Below are positions 10,357-21,401 of a stretch of DNA of 64,000 nt, piece after piece; positions within the stretch are counted from its first letter, which is position 1, and each line of letters begins with the position of its first letter. Both the position numbers and the translations under genes were made by a program. The DNA comes from an uncultured virus (IMG/VR IMGVR_UViG_3300029705_000098). Its lineage: Duplodnaviria; Heunggongvirae; Uroviricota; Caudoviricetes. The notes under the pieces are model-generated. The model was not told the origin of the DNA. It did no database searches and saw nothing but the letters and a program-made list of their open reading frames with translations. Location of the stretch: the IMG/VR virus record IMGVR_UViG_3300029705_000098. One strand, given 5' to 3'.

Positions 10357-12139
10357 ATGGCTACTATTTATACAACTTATCCTGAGAAAGCAGAAATCGG
10401 AATACCCGAGTTCTATGGGAAACTTGCAAAGTTAATGTTTGGAAAAGAATACGACCACTACGACTGTTCTAAGGTATGTGTGGGGAAAAGTATTCAGGAC
10501 GACATATTCAACTATTACAAGGGAAAAGGAATAGAAGAATGGGAAATCGGAATGTTATGGGCATGCTATGGACCAAAAGCAACTCTTAACGGATATGAAG
10601 TCGAGGCAGATGCCGACTGGGCATCAGATGATTAAAGGAGGAATAACTATGGCACTTCATTGGTTATGGAAAGATAAATGTGGGGAAGCCACATTCAGAT
10701 TTTGGGACGGTGAAGAAAGAACCGTAAGCCTGTATGAGGGAAATGCTTTCCTTATATTCATTAACGAATACAAGGAGAATGGTAAGGATATGTATAACCT
10801 GTTCTCGTTCTTTGCGGACGAGAACCACGCAAAGAATATGTTAGGACTGGGTAAGGGGGAAAATGCACATAACACCTTTAACACGGAAAGAGAAAAGTTG
10901 ATTAAGGTACGCCTTAACAAGAAGAAGTGCAAAGCAGGAAAGATTATTTCCTTACTTGTGAGGGCGTTTGATGACCTTACGATTGAATTATACAAGGAGT
11001 GATTAGTATGGCAAGTGTATGGAGCATTGATGCCTGGGCAAACCCAGAAGGGTGGGATTATAACGACCGACAATACGTAGGAAACATTAGTGTGCCTGAA
11101 AATGCAACTAATGCGGATATTATAAATGCCCTATACGACGGGGAATTTATAAAAACAAAAGAGTTGGAGTTGTTTTCTATAGAGGATTACTTTAATGGTT
11201 CTGCACTTATATATGAGGTACAAAATGCAGAAACCTACGAACCCTTGTATGTGATAGAACTTAAGGAGCAATAATTATGAATAAGTACAGTTTTAAGTGG
11301 CACGGTAAGAAGTATTATCTTCTTGGGGAAGATGCTGACGGAGATAGATTCTACTTAGAAGAGGCACATTGGGATTGTGGCTGGTATTGGGGAGGCGGAT
11401 ACGTTGAAACCTTTACTAACAACAACTTCCCTGATAGGTCGAAAGACATAAGTTCTCACCAGCACTTTTATGGATTATTTCTTAATAACCCAAGATTGAA
11501 TGGGTTTGACGCTTTCAAAACGTTCTTTAGGGAAACTCCGTTCACTGATAAAGAACTGTGGGTGATAATCGAACTTATGAAATCCTTTTATACTGCAAGG
11601 GAGTATTCTGATTTCCTGCACATAGGGGGAGCGCACTATACTACTAACCCCTGTAAAGGAACGATAGTAAATGATGAGGAATATACAAGGATTAACGCAA
11701 GTGTAATCCCTGCACTTATGGAAGAACTTTACAAGATTTTAGGAGGTTAAGCGATATGGCTGAAAAACACTTCGGTTTACATCTGTTCTGGGGAAATCAT
11801 TATTACTTTATGGAGACTGACCGCAAGAACGTCACTGACGCTGTTTCCGAACTGTTTGCAAGGGAAATGTTCCTTAAACACAAGAAATACGATGTGTGGG
11901 AGCGTGCCTCTATTGCGGATAAACAGAAGATGATAAAGGTGCTTAAATCCTCAATACACCCGTGTGTGTTTGAGATAAAAGAAACCTCGACAAAAGTAAA
12001 GTACCTCTCATATCTAACCCTTGAACACGCACAGGACGAAAACTCAAGCAGAGGGGGAGGCTCAATTCCTGAAAAATACTGGGAGAAAGAAGTTACGATT
12101 TTCTGGGAGGGCGATTTAACGGAATACTTTGGAATGTGA
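10357..12139 (+). other. Five early hypothetical genes (10357-10635, 10649-11002, 10999-11274, 11277-11750, 11756-12139)
   Basis: Contiguous ORFs with GGAG/GGAGG RBSs. Confidence 0.7.
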
Positions 12140-12148
12140 TATATAATG

Positions 12149-12202
12149 TTTACAAATTATTCATAGGTTATTAAAGATTTATTAAATATTTTGCTGTATA
12201 CT
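12149..12202 (+). promoter_or_regulatory. Repeat-box promoter
   Basis: TTTACA-N5-TTCATA-N5-TTAAAG-N5-TTAAAT followed by TATACT. Confidence 0.7.
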
Positions 12203-12242
12203 ATAAGTATCAAAGCAAAAAGCACGAGACACGCAAAGTGAG

Positions 12243-12950
12243 GTGATGATTGTGGAAGAGGTATTTAGGGGAATAACTGCTCCCCTGTACAACGATTTAA
12301 TATCTCGCGGACAGAATATTTTAATCGCAGGAATGTGTGGGTCAGGTAAATCTGTAATCTGCAACGGAATGATAAATTCAATTCTGTATAAGAGCCTTGC
12401 GGAACATCAGATGGTTCTTATAGACCCGAAGAGAGTAGAGTTTAACAGGTACAAAGAAACCGCTCACTGTATTAAGTGTGCAACGGATTTACAGGAAATT
12501 GAAGAAACACTTGACGGAGTTCTCGGGCTAATCAATAAAAGATTTGCCTATATGCAGGGGAAAGGCTTGCAATTATATGACGGAACTACCATTCATTTAG
12601 TCATAGATGAGATGGCAGACCTTATGTTGACAAGTAAAACTGCGGTAAACAAGTTACAGAGAATTTGTCAGATAGGGAGAGCCGCTAAAGTACAAGTCAT
12701 ATCGGCTACACAATGTCCGTTAGCGAGCGTTATTCCTACGAAGATTAAAGTGAACTTTCCTATAATAATAGGACTGCATACGGCGTCTGCACGACACTCA
12801 AGGAACATCTTAGAAGTTGAGGGTTGTGAAACATTGCCGATGTACGGGGAGGCGCTGATAATGTATCCCACTACGGGAATTGAGCGCGTCAAAGTCCCAA
12901 TGATTTCCGAAGAATGGTTAAAGAAGATAATAATTGCGGATAAAAGATAA
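12243..12950 (+). CDS. FtsK/SpoIIIE-family ATPase (motor core only)
   Basis: ILIAG..GSGKS, LIDPK.VEF, LVIDEMADLM, GRAA and ATQ motifs. Confidence 0.85.
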   Translation: MMIVEEVFRGITAPLYNDLISRGQNILIAGMCGSGKSVICNGMINSILYKSLAEHQMVLIDPKRVEFNRYKETAHCIKCATDLQEIEETLDGVLGLINKRFAYMQGKGLQLYDGTTIHLVIDEMADLMLTSKTAVNKLQRICQIGRAAKVQVISATQCPLASVIPTKIKVNFPIIIGLHTASARHSRNILEVEGCETLPMYGEALIMYPTTGIERVKVPMISEEWLKKIIIADKR

Positions 12951-12962
12951 AGGAGAAATACT

Positions 12963-13268
12963 ATGGCAAAGATTATTAGTGGAGCATCAAAGACAGGACA
13001 GAAGTTATTGGCAAAAGCAAGTCATTTTGAAGGAACTGACTTAGATGATGTGTATGGTAGATACTCGTCGGCTAAGGCAAGTGCTATGCGAGATTGTAGG
13101 GATTGGTGCGCTGAAGATAATGGGTACAACTTCCGAATAATCAGTCACAACACAAGTAATTTCTCGGTTGCGTGGAATTACATCAACAAGGAAACAGGGG
13201 AAGAAATGACAAGAATTGAAACATCTTGCTCTCGGTATATCATAGACGGCTCAAGGGTAAGCGAATAA
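12963..13268 (+). CDS. Hypothetical protein
   Basis: 101 aa, AAGGAG RBS. Confidence 0.6.
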   Translation: MAKIISGASKTGQKLLAKASHFEGTDLDDVYGRYSSAKASAMRDCRDWCAEDNGYNFRIISHNTSNFSVAWNYINKETGEEMTRIETSCSRYIIDGSRVSE

Positions 13269-13285
13269 TTAGTAAGGAGAGTGCT

Positions 13286-13510
13286 ATGGATAATGCTGGG
13301 GAACTTTATCGTTTAATCGAAAGAATTAATAAGGAAAGAATAAAACAGGGAGTTTCTTATAGAGACTTGGCAGAGCGATGTGGGTATAAACGCGAACAGA
13401 TGAACCAAGTTGCTATCGTATTAAGCCATAAAGTTACTCCCAGACTTGACACGTTGTTAAAGATTATGAACGCTTTGGGTTTAACCCTTGCTATAACATT
13501 AAAGGAGTAA
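13286..13510 (+). CDS. XRE-family HTH regulator
   Basis: R...GVSYRDLAERCG...PRLDTLLKI..ALG. Start placed after AAGGAG. Confidence 0.8.
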   Translation: MDNAGELYRLIERINKERIKQGVSYRDLAERCGYKREQMNQVAIVLSHKVTPRLDTLLKIMNALGLTLAITLKE

Positions 13511-13514
13511 TGCT

Positions 13515-14828
13515 ATGTCGAACTATGAATTTATTGGAGATTTCATTCGTGGGGAAAAGAGATTTGGAGCGTACTGTCACTTAGGGTTTTCTGACGATAA
13601 GTTGTATAACTACTCCACAGTAATCTGCACGATTGACAGGGAGAACAAGAAGGCACGGGTAAACGTTATGAGGTATAGTGTTACTACCAGCCGTATTCAA
13701 AGTATGGTTAGAGGAGCATTAAGACAGAACGGATATGAGATAGAAGATTACGTAGGAGAGCCTTGCAGTTATTGGAACTATGGTTATCAGGGTGCGGGGA
13801 ACGTAACGATTGATGATATGAGGAGCAGACGTTATGAGTAAGGAACTTGCAAACAAACTGTATAAGTTGGTAATCGAAACTGAAGGAAATCCCAGCATAA
13901 GTCAAATCAAAGAGTTGGGTTATAGTGAAGGACAGGCGCTTGAAATGACTATCAGAATGGCAAACGCCGACAGAAAAAAGTTAGTAGAGATTGCGAAAGA
14001 ACGTATCACGGAGGATTAAGTATGGAAGAAAAGAAGTATCTGTATATGAAAAGATATAGACCTGACTATGCAATCATTGTGCAGTATTGTTGGGGAAAAT
14101 ACTATATTGCAAGAATGTGCTCCAGCGAACAGAAGGCCATTGCGTATACAATTAGAACATACAAGACGTTAAGCGGGGCATCACGTTATTTGGAACGCTA
14201 TGAGGAACGTTACGGGGAAAATGCAGGAACTACTCCTGAATTATCTTATGGAACAGAAAAGGAAATCATAGCAGGAAAATATTGGAGGGCGGAATGAAAA
14301 ACTTAATCACTTCTAAGTACACGCTTAAGATAAAGGAAATCAAGACAGGGAATATCGTTGATGCCAAAGTGTTTGATAACTACAATCAGGCCAACGAGTT
14401 TGTACGTAAACACCCTTGTGGGGAAGATGTACGATATGATTTTACCCGAATAGATTACTGCGGGGAAGAAGAAGTATCAGAAGTCGATGGAATAACAATA
14501 GAGATTTCGGAGGGAAATTAATATGGCATACGACTTATCAAAAGTTATGAAGATTGTGGATAGAAACTCGGACAGGGTTGTAATCAAAGTAAACGCGGAC
14601 GACCCTTTAACAATCGCTATGTACCCTTTTATTCCTGGCAATACTGCATACATTACAGTAACGCTTGGAGATAATCACGTTCTAACAGTAGTTAAAAAGG
14701 ATAATTCTACTTTTTCTTTTCACTGGGGACTTGGCGGGCATACCTTAATCAGCGACAGTTTGGAACAGTTACGCAGGGAAGTTGTTACTTTCCTAAAGGT
14801 GAATGGAGTTTACTTAAACTATTCATAA
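13515..14828 (+). other. Five early hypothetical genes (13515-13841, 13834-14019, 14022-14297, ~14294-14521, 14523-14828)
   Basis: Coupled ORFs with RBSs. Confidence 0.65.
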
Positions 14829-14875
14829 TTTGTTCACAAGTTGTTGAATATTTATTAAATGTTTTGTTGTATACT
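14822..14875 (+). promoter_or_regulatory. Repeat-box promoter
   Basis: TTCATA-N5-TTCACA-N5-TTGAAT-N5-TTAAAT followed by TATACT. Downstream leader shared with the 12149 promoter. Confidence 0.7.
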
Positions 14876-14906
14876 GTAAGTATCAAAGCAAAAACGAAAG
14901 TGAGCG

Positions 14907-15557
14907 TTGAATATGGAAAACGAAAAGATTTTGGAAAAAGTTAAGAAGTTATTTGCACTTGCGGATAACAATCCCTCCGCAGAAGAGGCAAAGTCAGCCG
15001 CACTTATGGCACAGAAGTTAATGGTGGAAAACAATATTGCTATGTGGGAAGTTGAGAACGTTGACCTCGAAAAGAAAGAGGAAATCGGGGAAGAGGAAAT
15101 CGAAGTTCCTGCAAAGAAGTGGAAGTACACATTAGCACATACTGTCGCAGACAACTTCCGTGTAAAATTCTTTTTGCGTGGAAAAGGAACATTTATCTTC
15201 TACGGGCATAAGACAGATGCCAAGATTGCAGTTGAAACCTTTAAGTATCTGTTTAATACGGGGAACAAACTCGGTATGCAGTTATATCGAGAAGCCAAGG
15301 AAAAGTATGGATATGCAGATAATGTTTATAACTCTTGCGTAATGGGTTTCTGTGCAGGTATTAGAGAGGCTCTTGCAGAACAGAGCAAAGCACTAATGGT
15401 AATTGTTCCTGAAGATGTTAAAGAGGCATACAAAGAGCGTTCCGCAGGGTTTAAAACATCTCACACATCTTCTCCCAGAGCATACAATGCAGGAGCATTT
15501 AGTACAGGGAAAACTCACGGATACAACGCTATGCGAAGAAAGGCGCTTAACGGGTGA
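14907..15557 (+). CDS. DUF2786 domain protein
   Basis: N-terminal KILEKVKKLFALA..NPS.EEA..A...AQKLM. Confidence 0.75.
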   Translation: MNMENEKILEKVKKLFALADNNPSAEEAKSAALMAQKLMVENNIAMWEVENVDLEKKEEIGEEEIEVPAKKWKYTLAHTVADNFRVKFFLRGKGTFIFYGHKTDAKIAVETFKYLFNTGNKLGMQLYREAKEKYGYADNVYNSCVMGFCAGIREALAEQSKALMVIVPEDVKEAYKERSAGFKTSHTSSPRAYNAGAFSTGKTHGYNAMRRKALNG

Positions 15558-15724
15558 TTGATTATGGCAAAAGAAATACCGATAAAAATAAAACTAAAGA
15601 CACTCTGCCACAATGCGTATGAATTTCATACAGTAATGCGAGGAAAATTCTTTAAGCGACAATACATCGGGTATACAAAGCAGGAAGCAGTTAAACGCTT
15701 TCAGAAGTGGTTGGGGGAACAGTT

Positions 15725-16724
15725 ATGACACTCTATGACTTACTAAAGGTATTCAACAGCGATTTTGATACCTATGACAATGTTTATGACGCGGCTGTTA
15801 CCGTATGTTCGTTTGATGAGGAAGATGAACAGTCAACGGAATATTATGATAAATTTCGTATAGAGATTATGAAGTTTATCGAGGTAACTAAAGGAAGTAA
15901 ACGAGCACTGTGGTGTAATTGGTCTGATTTTATCAAACGCAATATCCAGGTATTCAGAGAGTTTGAAGCCAAGTATTGGTGCAAGCAATATGTAGATGAG
16001 GACGATTTTATCTATCAGTGGATAAAAGAGATTGATGCCTGGGTAGCGGGGGCAGTCAGCGAGCATATATACAAGGAATTTGTTGAAAACTATATGTCAA
16101 GAATGAAGCCTGTTATGTCTGAAGGGGAAAAACTTATGCTTACCCTTAGCTGGTTGATTGAGCACGAACACGTATGGAATGATTTTAAATCTAAATACCC
16201 CGAAATTGCAAAGCCGTTTGAAAAGGAGGAAAAATAATAATGACAAGAGAAGATTTTGAAAACGGATTAATCGCAAAAATAGAGGACATCAAGGCGTTCT
16301 ATAAGCAGTACAACCCACAAGCATTTGAAGAAGGTGGTACCGTATATCTTACAATGTTTATTAACGGGGACTTTATAAACGCAAACAACAGATACTTCGT
16401 CCAAAACGAAAATAATCCTGACTGTACATTTGTTGTAAATTGTTCAAAGCGGGGAGATAATCCTGTACGCCACGAAAGGAAATTTTTAATATGACAAACG
16501 AAAAAATGATAGAGGAAGTCGGGAAGTGCAAGAAAAGATTTTCGCCCGAACTTATTGAAAGTCTGGTTAAATTCTATGATGAGTTTGACCCATATGGGGT
16601 GCTTGACGAATACGGAGACATTAGTGTTAAGTATCGTAGGGAACGACTGAAAAGGGATATTAGATATATTCTCAGGGAGGACCCCAGACAAGTAATTAAG
16701 GATATTAGAGCCGCTATGGCATAA
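15725..16724 (+). other. Three hypothetical genes (15725-16237, 16240-16494, 16491-16724)
   Basis: Coupled ORFs. Confidence 0.6.
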
Positions 16725-16784
16725 ATAAGATGGAAGTCGAGATAGTTCTCGTTTACCATAAATAAAAAATAAAGGAGCCAGAAT

Positions 16785-17621
16785 ATGGAAAAAGCAACAT
16801 TTTGTGAAACAATCAAGGAATTACTCAGTGATTTAGGCGAGGTAGTAGTCCAGAACGTACATAAGCCTCAGGGAGACTACACAGGACTGACACTTAAACT
16901 TAAGTCTGGTCTTTCCCCTATAGTTAACCTTGACAGACTGTATGATTATTATTGTGAACAGGGGTGTGACGTAAAGGACTGTGCCAATATCGCAAGAGAG
17001 ATTTTGCGTACTGCAACGGAGAAAATGCCCGAAATTAACGCTGATGATTTTCTTGATTGGGAAAAGATTAAGGACAAGTTGTTCTTAAGATTAGTAAGAG
17101 ACCCGTCAAACAATATTGCAAGAAAGGTTGCAGATTTGTTTTTAATCGCCTGCATACAGGTAGAAGAAAAAGATGGAACATCATTGGCTGGAGTTGTGCC
17201 TGACTTATTAAGTGCGTGGGGAGTTGACGAGGATACTGTGTTTGAGCAGGCAAAATCAGTACAGGAACACATCAGACCGCTTAAGTTTGGGTGCCTGCCT
17301 GACATTCTCGGGATAAATGTTAAAGAAAATGAAAGAGATATGTATTTAGTATCCGTTGAACAGGGCATATGTGGTGCATCTGCAATCTTCTATGACGGTG
17401 TTTTTGACAAACTGCGTGAAACTCTCGGGGACTTTTATCTTATACCCTCGTCCATTAACGAGTTCCTTGCTATTGCTAAAGCAAAGATACCTGACGTTAA
17501 AGAACTTGCTTGCTTTGTCAAGTTTACAAACGCCTCTAACGTTGACCCTAGAGACAGACTGTCCGACTCCGTATACGAATATGATTTTGACAAGAAGGAG
17601 TTTAGAAAGGTAGAATGTTAA
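16785..17621 (+). CDS. DUF5688-family protein
   Basis: DW..IKDKL..RLV, GAS.I.Y, FYLIPSSI.E and LSDSVY.YD motifs. Confidence 0.75.
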   Translation: MEKATFCETIKELLSDLGEVVVQNVHKPQGDYTGLTLKLKSGLSPIVNLDRLYDYYCEQGCDVKDCANIAREILRTATEKMPEINADDFLDWEKIKDKLFLRLVRDPSNNIARKVADLFLIACIQVEEKDGTSLAGVVPDLLSAWGVDEDTVFEQAKSVQEHIRPLKFGCLPDILGINVKENERDMYLVSVEQGICGASAIFYDGVFDKLRETLGDFYLIPSSINEFLAIAKAKIPDVKELACFVKFTNASNVDPRDRLSDSVYEYDFDKKEFRKVEC

Positions 17622-17770
17622 AGATTGAGTTTGAGTATAGGGACGCATACACAAGGGGAAATTGGTCTAAGCAGTCTTGTGTTGTTGGTTCGGTAGAAGA
17701 GTGCAAAAAGATATATGGTCTTGGAGTAGATTGTGAATATCGTATTGTAAAAGTTGAGGAGGTGAGTTAA
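17615..17770 (+). CDS. Small hypothetical protein (51 aa)
   Basis: Manual translation MLKIEFEYRDAYTRGNW...; below the ORF-track cutoff. Confidence 0.55.
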   Translation: MLKIEFEYRDAYTRGNWSKQSCVVGSVEECKKIYGLGVDCEYRIVKVEEVS

Positions 17771-17899
17771 ACTAGTAGCATCAATTTTGAGGTGTTACTA
17801 TGAGCGAGGAAGAACTTGAACTGTGGTTATTATATATTGCAGAGCAAGACACTTCCGATAATCAAAACCTTTAATCATCAATTTCCCATATTCCGACGC

Positions 17900-17935
17900 A
17901 AGCGCCCGTAGAGTAATCTGCGGACGCTTTATTTT
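17900..17935 (+). terminator. Rho-independent terminator ending the early region
   Basis: AAGCG-CCCGTAGA/TCTGCGG-A-CGCTT hairpin followed by a T-rich tail. Confidence 0.7.
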
Positions 17936-18096
17936 ATGTCTATATAATATATGCGTATTTAACTATGCTGTTATTCGCGAGGAATTGCACTAGGTTTCGC
18001 GTTGCATAATAAAACAACATAGCAACATACATTTCTATTAGAAGCGAAAATAGACTACATTCCACGCATTGTATCAATATGTGATTTTCTTGCATT

Positions 18097-18128
18097 AATA
18101 AAGGTGAGTAGAACTTAATCTACTCACC
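18097..18128 (-). terminator. Terminator after recA
   Basis: GGTGAGTAGA/TCTACTCACC 10-bp stem followed by TTTATT. Confidence 0.7.
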
Positions 18129-18159
18129 CAATTACAATACCTGCTGATTAAATATCTGA

Positions 18160-19200
18160 TTACGTACTACGCTCATCAACTAATTTTTCAAGTTGCTCTA
18201 ACACATCTGGATTTTCGTTAAGATAATTCTTTACTTTATCCTGTCCCTGTAACTTTACATCAGTAAGTTCAGGAATTGTATACCACGCGCCAGACTGCTC
18301 AACAATTCCGTACTCTTGTGCAACCTCAATTAAGTCTGCAAGATAGTCTATTCCCTTAGTGAAAATCAGTGTGTAATAACCTGTTCTGCGGTCAGGTAAT
18401 CCCGAAGTAGTCTTAACGATTGAGAATTGTATTTTAGCCCCTACGGGATTCCCAGCGGCACGAGTAAGTTCTTTTCCTTTATCATCAAAGAATGAACCCT
18501 GTCTAAAACTGACACGCAACGAGCACATATACTTCCAAGCCTTGCCACCCGGAGTTTTAGTTCCGCCCCACATACTGTTCATATCTTCTCTCTCTTGATT
18601 TATACCAACACACGTGCATTGATACTTACTGGCCATCATAGACATATCCCTTGCGAAACGAGAAAGCGACTTTGATATTCCACCATAAAACTGGTCAGAA
18701 TAGTCTTTCTTTTCATCTAACTCACCGTCACTCATCATAGCGGCAAGGCTATCAATAACGACCAAACAAATCTCCCCTGTTTTAACCGCCTCACGAATAA
18801 AAGTAAAAATTTCCTCGGCAGATTGGCTCTTAGGTTGGAAAATGTACAGTTTATCTATGTCTACTCCAATCTTAGTGGCCCATTCTTGGTTAAGTCTGTT
18901 TTCGGTATCACAATACAAAACAGCACGTTCTTGATAATCCTTATCTTCAGACACCTTACGTTCTTCCTCTTTCTGAAAGTGTGCAACAACATCTAAGGCC
19001 GTTGTTGTTTTTCCTCCACCTTCAGGTCCGAAAAACTCAATCAATTTATTAATCGGAATACCACCATAAGTACAGTAGTTTAATCTGGGGGAAGTAAATT
19101 TAATTTTTGAGTAATTAAACTGCAAAGAGCCTCTTGAGAGAACTTCCTCTTTTACTTTCTTGTTTACCTCTTTCATAAGAGCGTCCATCTTACTTGGCAT
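18160..19200 (-). CDS. recA: RecA/UvsX-like recombinase
   Basis: GPEGGGKTT, VVIDSLAAM, INQ.R, TPGGKAWK and GAWY motifs. Confidence 0.92.
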   Translation of the reverse strand: MPSKMDALMKEVNKKVKEEVLSRGSLQFNYSKIKFTSPRLNYCTYGGIPINKLIEFFGPEGGGKTTTALDVVAHFQKEEERKVSEDKDYQERAVLYCDTENRLNQEWATKIGVDIDKLYIFQPKSQSAEEIFTFIREAVKTGEICLVVIDSLAAMMSDGELDEKKDYSDQFYGGISKSLSRFARDMSMMASKYQCTCVGINQEREDMNSMWGGTKTPGGKAWKYMCSLRVSFRQGSFFDDKGKELTRAAGNPVGAKIQFSIVKTTSGLPDRRTGYYTLIFTKGIDYLADLIEVAQEYGIVEQSGAWYTIPELTDVKLQGQDKVKNYLNENPDVLEQLEKLVDERST

Positions 19201-20977
19201 TTAAAACACCTCTTTCTTCTAATATTGTTCTTACACCATACATATCTAGTATCGTTTCACATAAATCTTTCCACTCTCTATCACACACCCCATAATTAAA
19301 AAATCCACGCAAATAATCTTCGGAAATTGCTATCAAGTCCGAGTATTGTAACTGAATACTTCCAGGAATCATATCAGACAATTTTTTATTATTGAGCGTA
19401 TATCCGTTTTCTTCCAGCAACACGGGAAGATTAACGTTAAAGCGATAGATTTGGGTACTTGCATCTAATACCCACAATATTGGGGCCTCGAAAAATATTT
19501 TGATACAGTGGGTTGTCTCAAAATATTCTTTAGGGGACATTCCTGAAGGATTAATATGCCACTGAATTTCAGTTATGCGTAGCATCACGCACCTCCCATC
19601 ATATTAGTTAGCTGTTGCTCCTGCATCCTTCTGCTAATTGCTTTCTTACACGAGGATAATAATTCCTGTGCGTTATCTACTTTTGACTTAACAATCTTAT
19701 ATGCTGTCTTGTATGCAATATCTACCAACTGTTCCTGCTGTGCGGCTAATTCTGCAAGAGTGTTCTTATCGTCAATAGTTCCCTTTTCGAGACTATTACG
19801 AGAAGTGTTGTACATTTCCTTGTATACCGCAGTAGCGATAGAACTCCTTAACCCTAATTGTTCACACATTCCTCCAGCAAAATAAATAAGTGAAGATAGA
19901 TTAAGACAGAAAGTTTCAAGTTCTTGGTCTGTAGGGGGATTGTCTTTCTGACACAACCTATCGTCAATATGAGAAACATACCCATCAAGGTCTTTTACAT
20001 ACACCTTGATAATATCATCAACAATGCCGTCCATCTGCTTTGAGTTATCTTCAATATGCAATTTAATGGCATTAATCTTATCCATCTCGATGTTATCAAA
20101 TTTACTCATCTTCTTTACCCTCCTTCTTTTTCTCATTTAAGTACCAACTATACATAAATAACCAAAATAATATTGCCTGCATTACATTAAAACAAATACT
20201 AATTGTTAGTGCTATCTCCATCATTAGCTCCTTTCTCATTGGGGTCTATAACGAACTCATAAAGCGGATAAAAAAATACCAAACCCAGCATTATATTGCT
20301 TTGCCGAAAGTCTAATCTTCCCCTCTTTAAGGAGTTTCTTGAATGTAGACTTTGCCACGGTAGGGAACACCTCAAACCACCCGTCAAAATATGTTTGAGT
20401 GATTAACTGGTATGTTGCGCCATTATGCAGTATTCTGTCCTTCTCTGTAACCTCAAATGTTCTTTTCCCACACTTAATTTTCATTCTTTACCTCTTTCTG
20501 CATCTTTGCTTCACACACAGGACATTTAGCAATCGTGTTTACTAACGCACGAGTTCCACAATTAGAACAATAATAGGTATCATATGGAGTTTCTGATTTC
20601 TCTTTTACCCACTCTGCACATAATTTTTCTTTACTCATATCTTGCTCCTTAAGTAAATATAAATAACGTTTTGCCATTTCACAGATACAGTATAGGTTAT
20701 CTTGTTCTTCAAAGTGTTTTTGAATGGACTCGATTATCCTAAATAGTGGGTCTACATTATTGATTACTGCCTCACAGTCAACATCTGCATATTTTACCCA
20801 CCCGTTTACGTCTAACTTTGATTGCTCCATTTCAATTTCAGAAATGATTAAAGGCTTTATAGGAAGTAATTTAATCTCTCCCCCGTCAATCTGGTAATAA
20901 AGTGCGCGTTTATTAAAATCATCTTCTCCCATACAAGTCCTCCAAAAATTTATCCATCGCATATTCGAAATAAACAC
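19190..20977 (-). other. Four hypothetical genes (19190-19588, 19585-~20109 helical, 20257-20484, 20474-~20931 with C-terminal CxxC-CxxC ribbon)
   Basis: Coupled ORFs in the recombination operon. Confidence 0.6.
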
Positions 20978-21401
20978 GTTTCTTTTTGCCTGGAACTACT
21001 AGATGGGGAATCTTCTCTAGGTCTTGTATGTTAAGAGATTTGTATCCAAACCACATCATTGTCTTTATCATATCTATTGATACCCAAACAGTTAAATCAT
21101 GGTCTATAAACCATATCATAAATCCTGCTATTACTCCTGGTTTTAACCATTTCTCGCTCATTCCGTCTAACTGCCCTTTTCTGATACAAGAAAAAGGAAG
21201 TGTATTTCCCCTATGAGATTTACACTCCACATAAAGTTCGTGCGGTTTTTTATACACGATAAAATCAGAAGGGTTATCCACTCCCTTTAACTTCTTGGGA
21301 GCGTCACGAAGTCTGTCAATAGACACATCAGGAACTTTTTCAAACGATTCCCTTACCGCATCTTCAAACTTTTTACCGATGTTATTGCGCTTCCTAGCCA
21401 T
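20919..21401 (-). CDS. recU: RecU-like Holliday junction resolvase
   Basis: GKKFE, PSDF, VECKS and LPFS.I...Q motifs. Start moved to MARKRNN. Confidence 0.75.
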   Translation of the reverse strand: MARKRNNIGKKFEDAVRESFEKVPDVSIDRLRDAPKKLKGVDNPSDFIVYKKPHELYVECKSHRGNTLPFSCIRKGQLDGMSEKWLKPGVIAGFMIWFIDHDLTVWVSIDMIKTMMWFGYKSLNIQDLEKIPHLVVPGKKKRVYFEYAMDKFLEDLYGRR

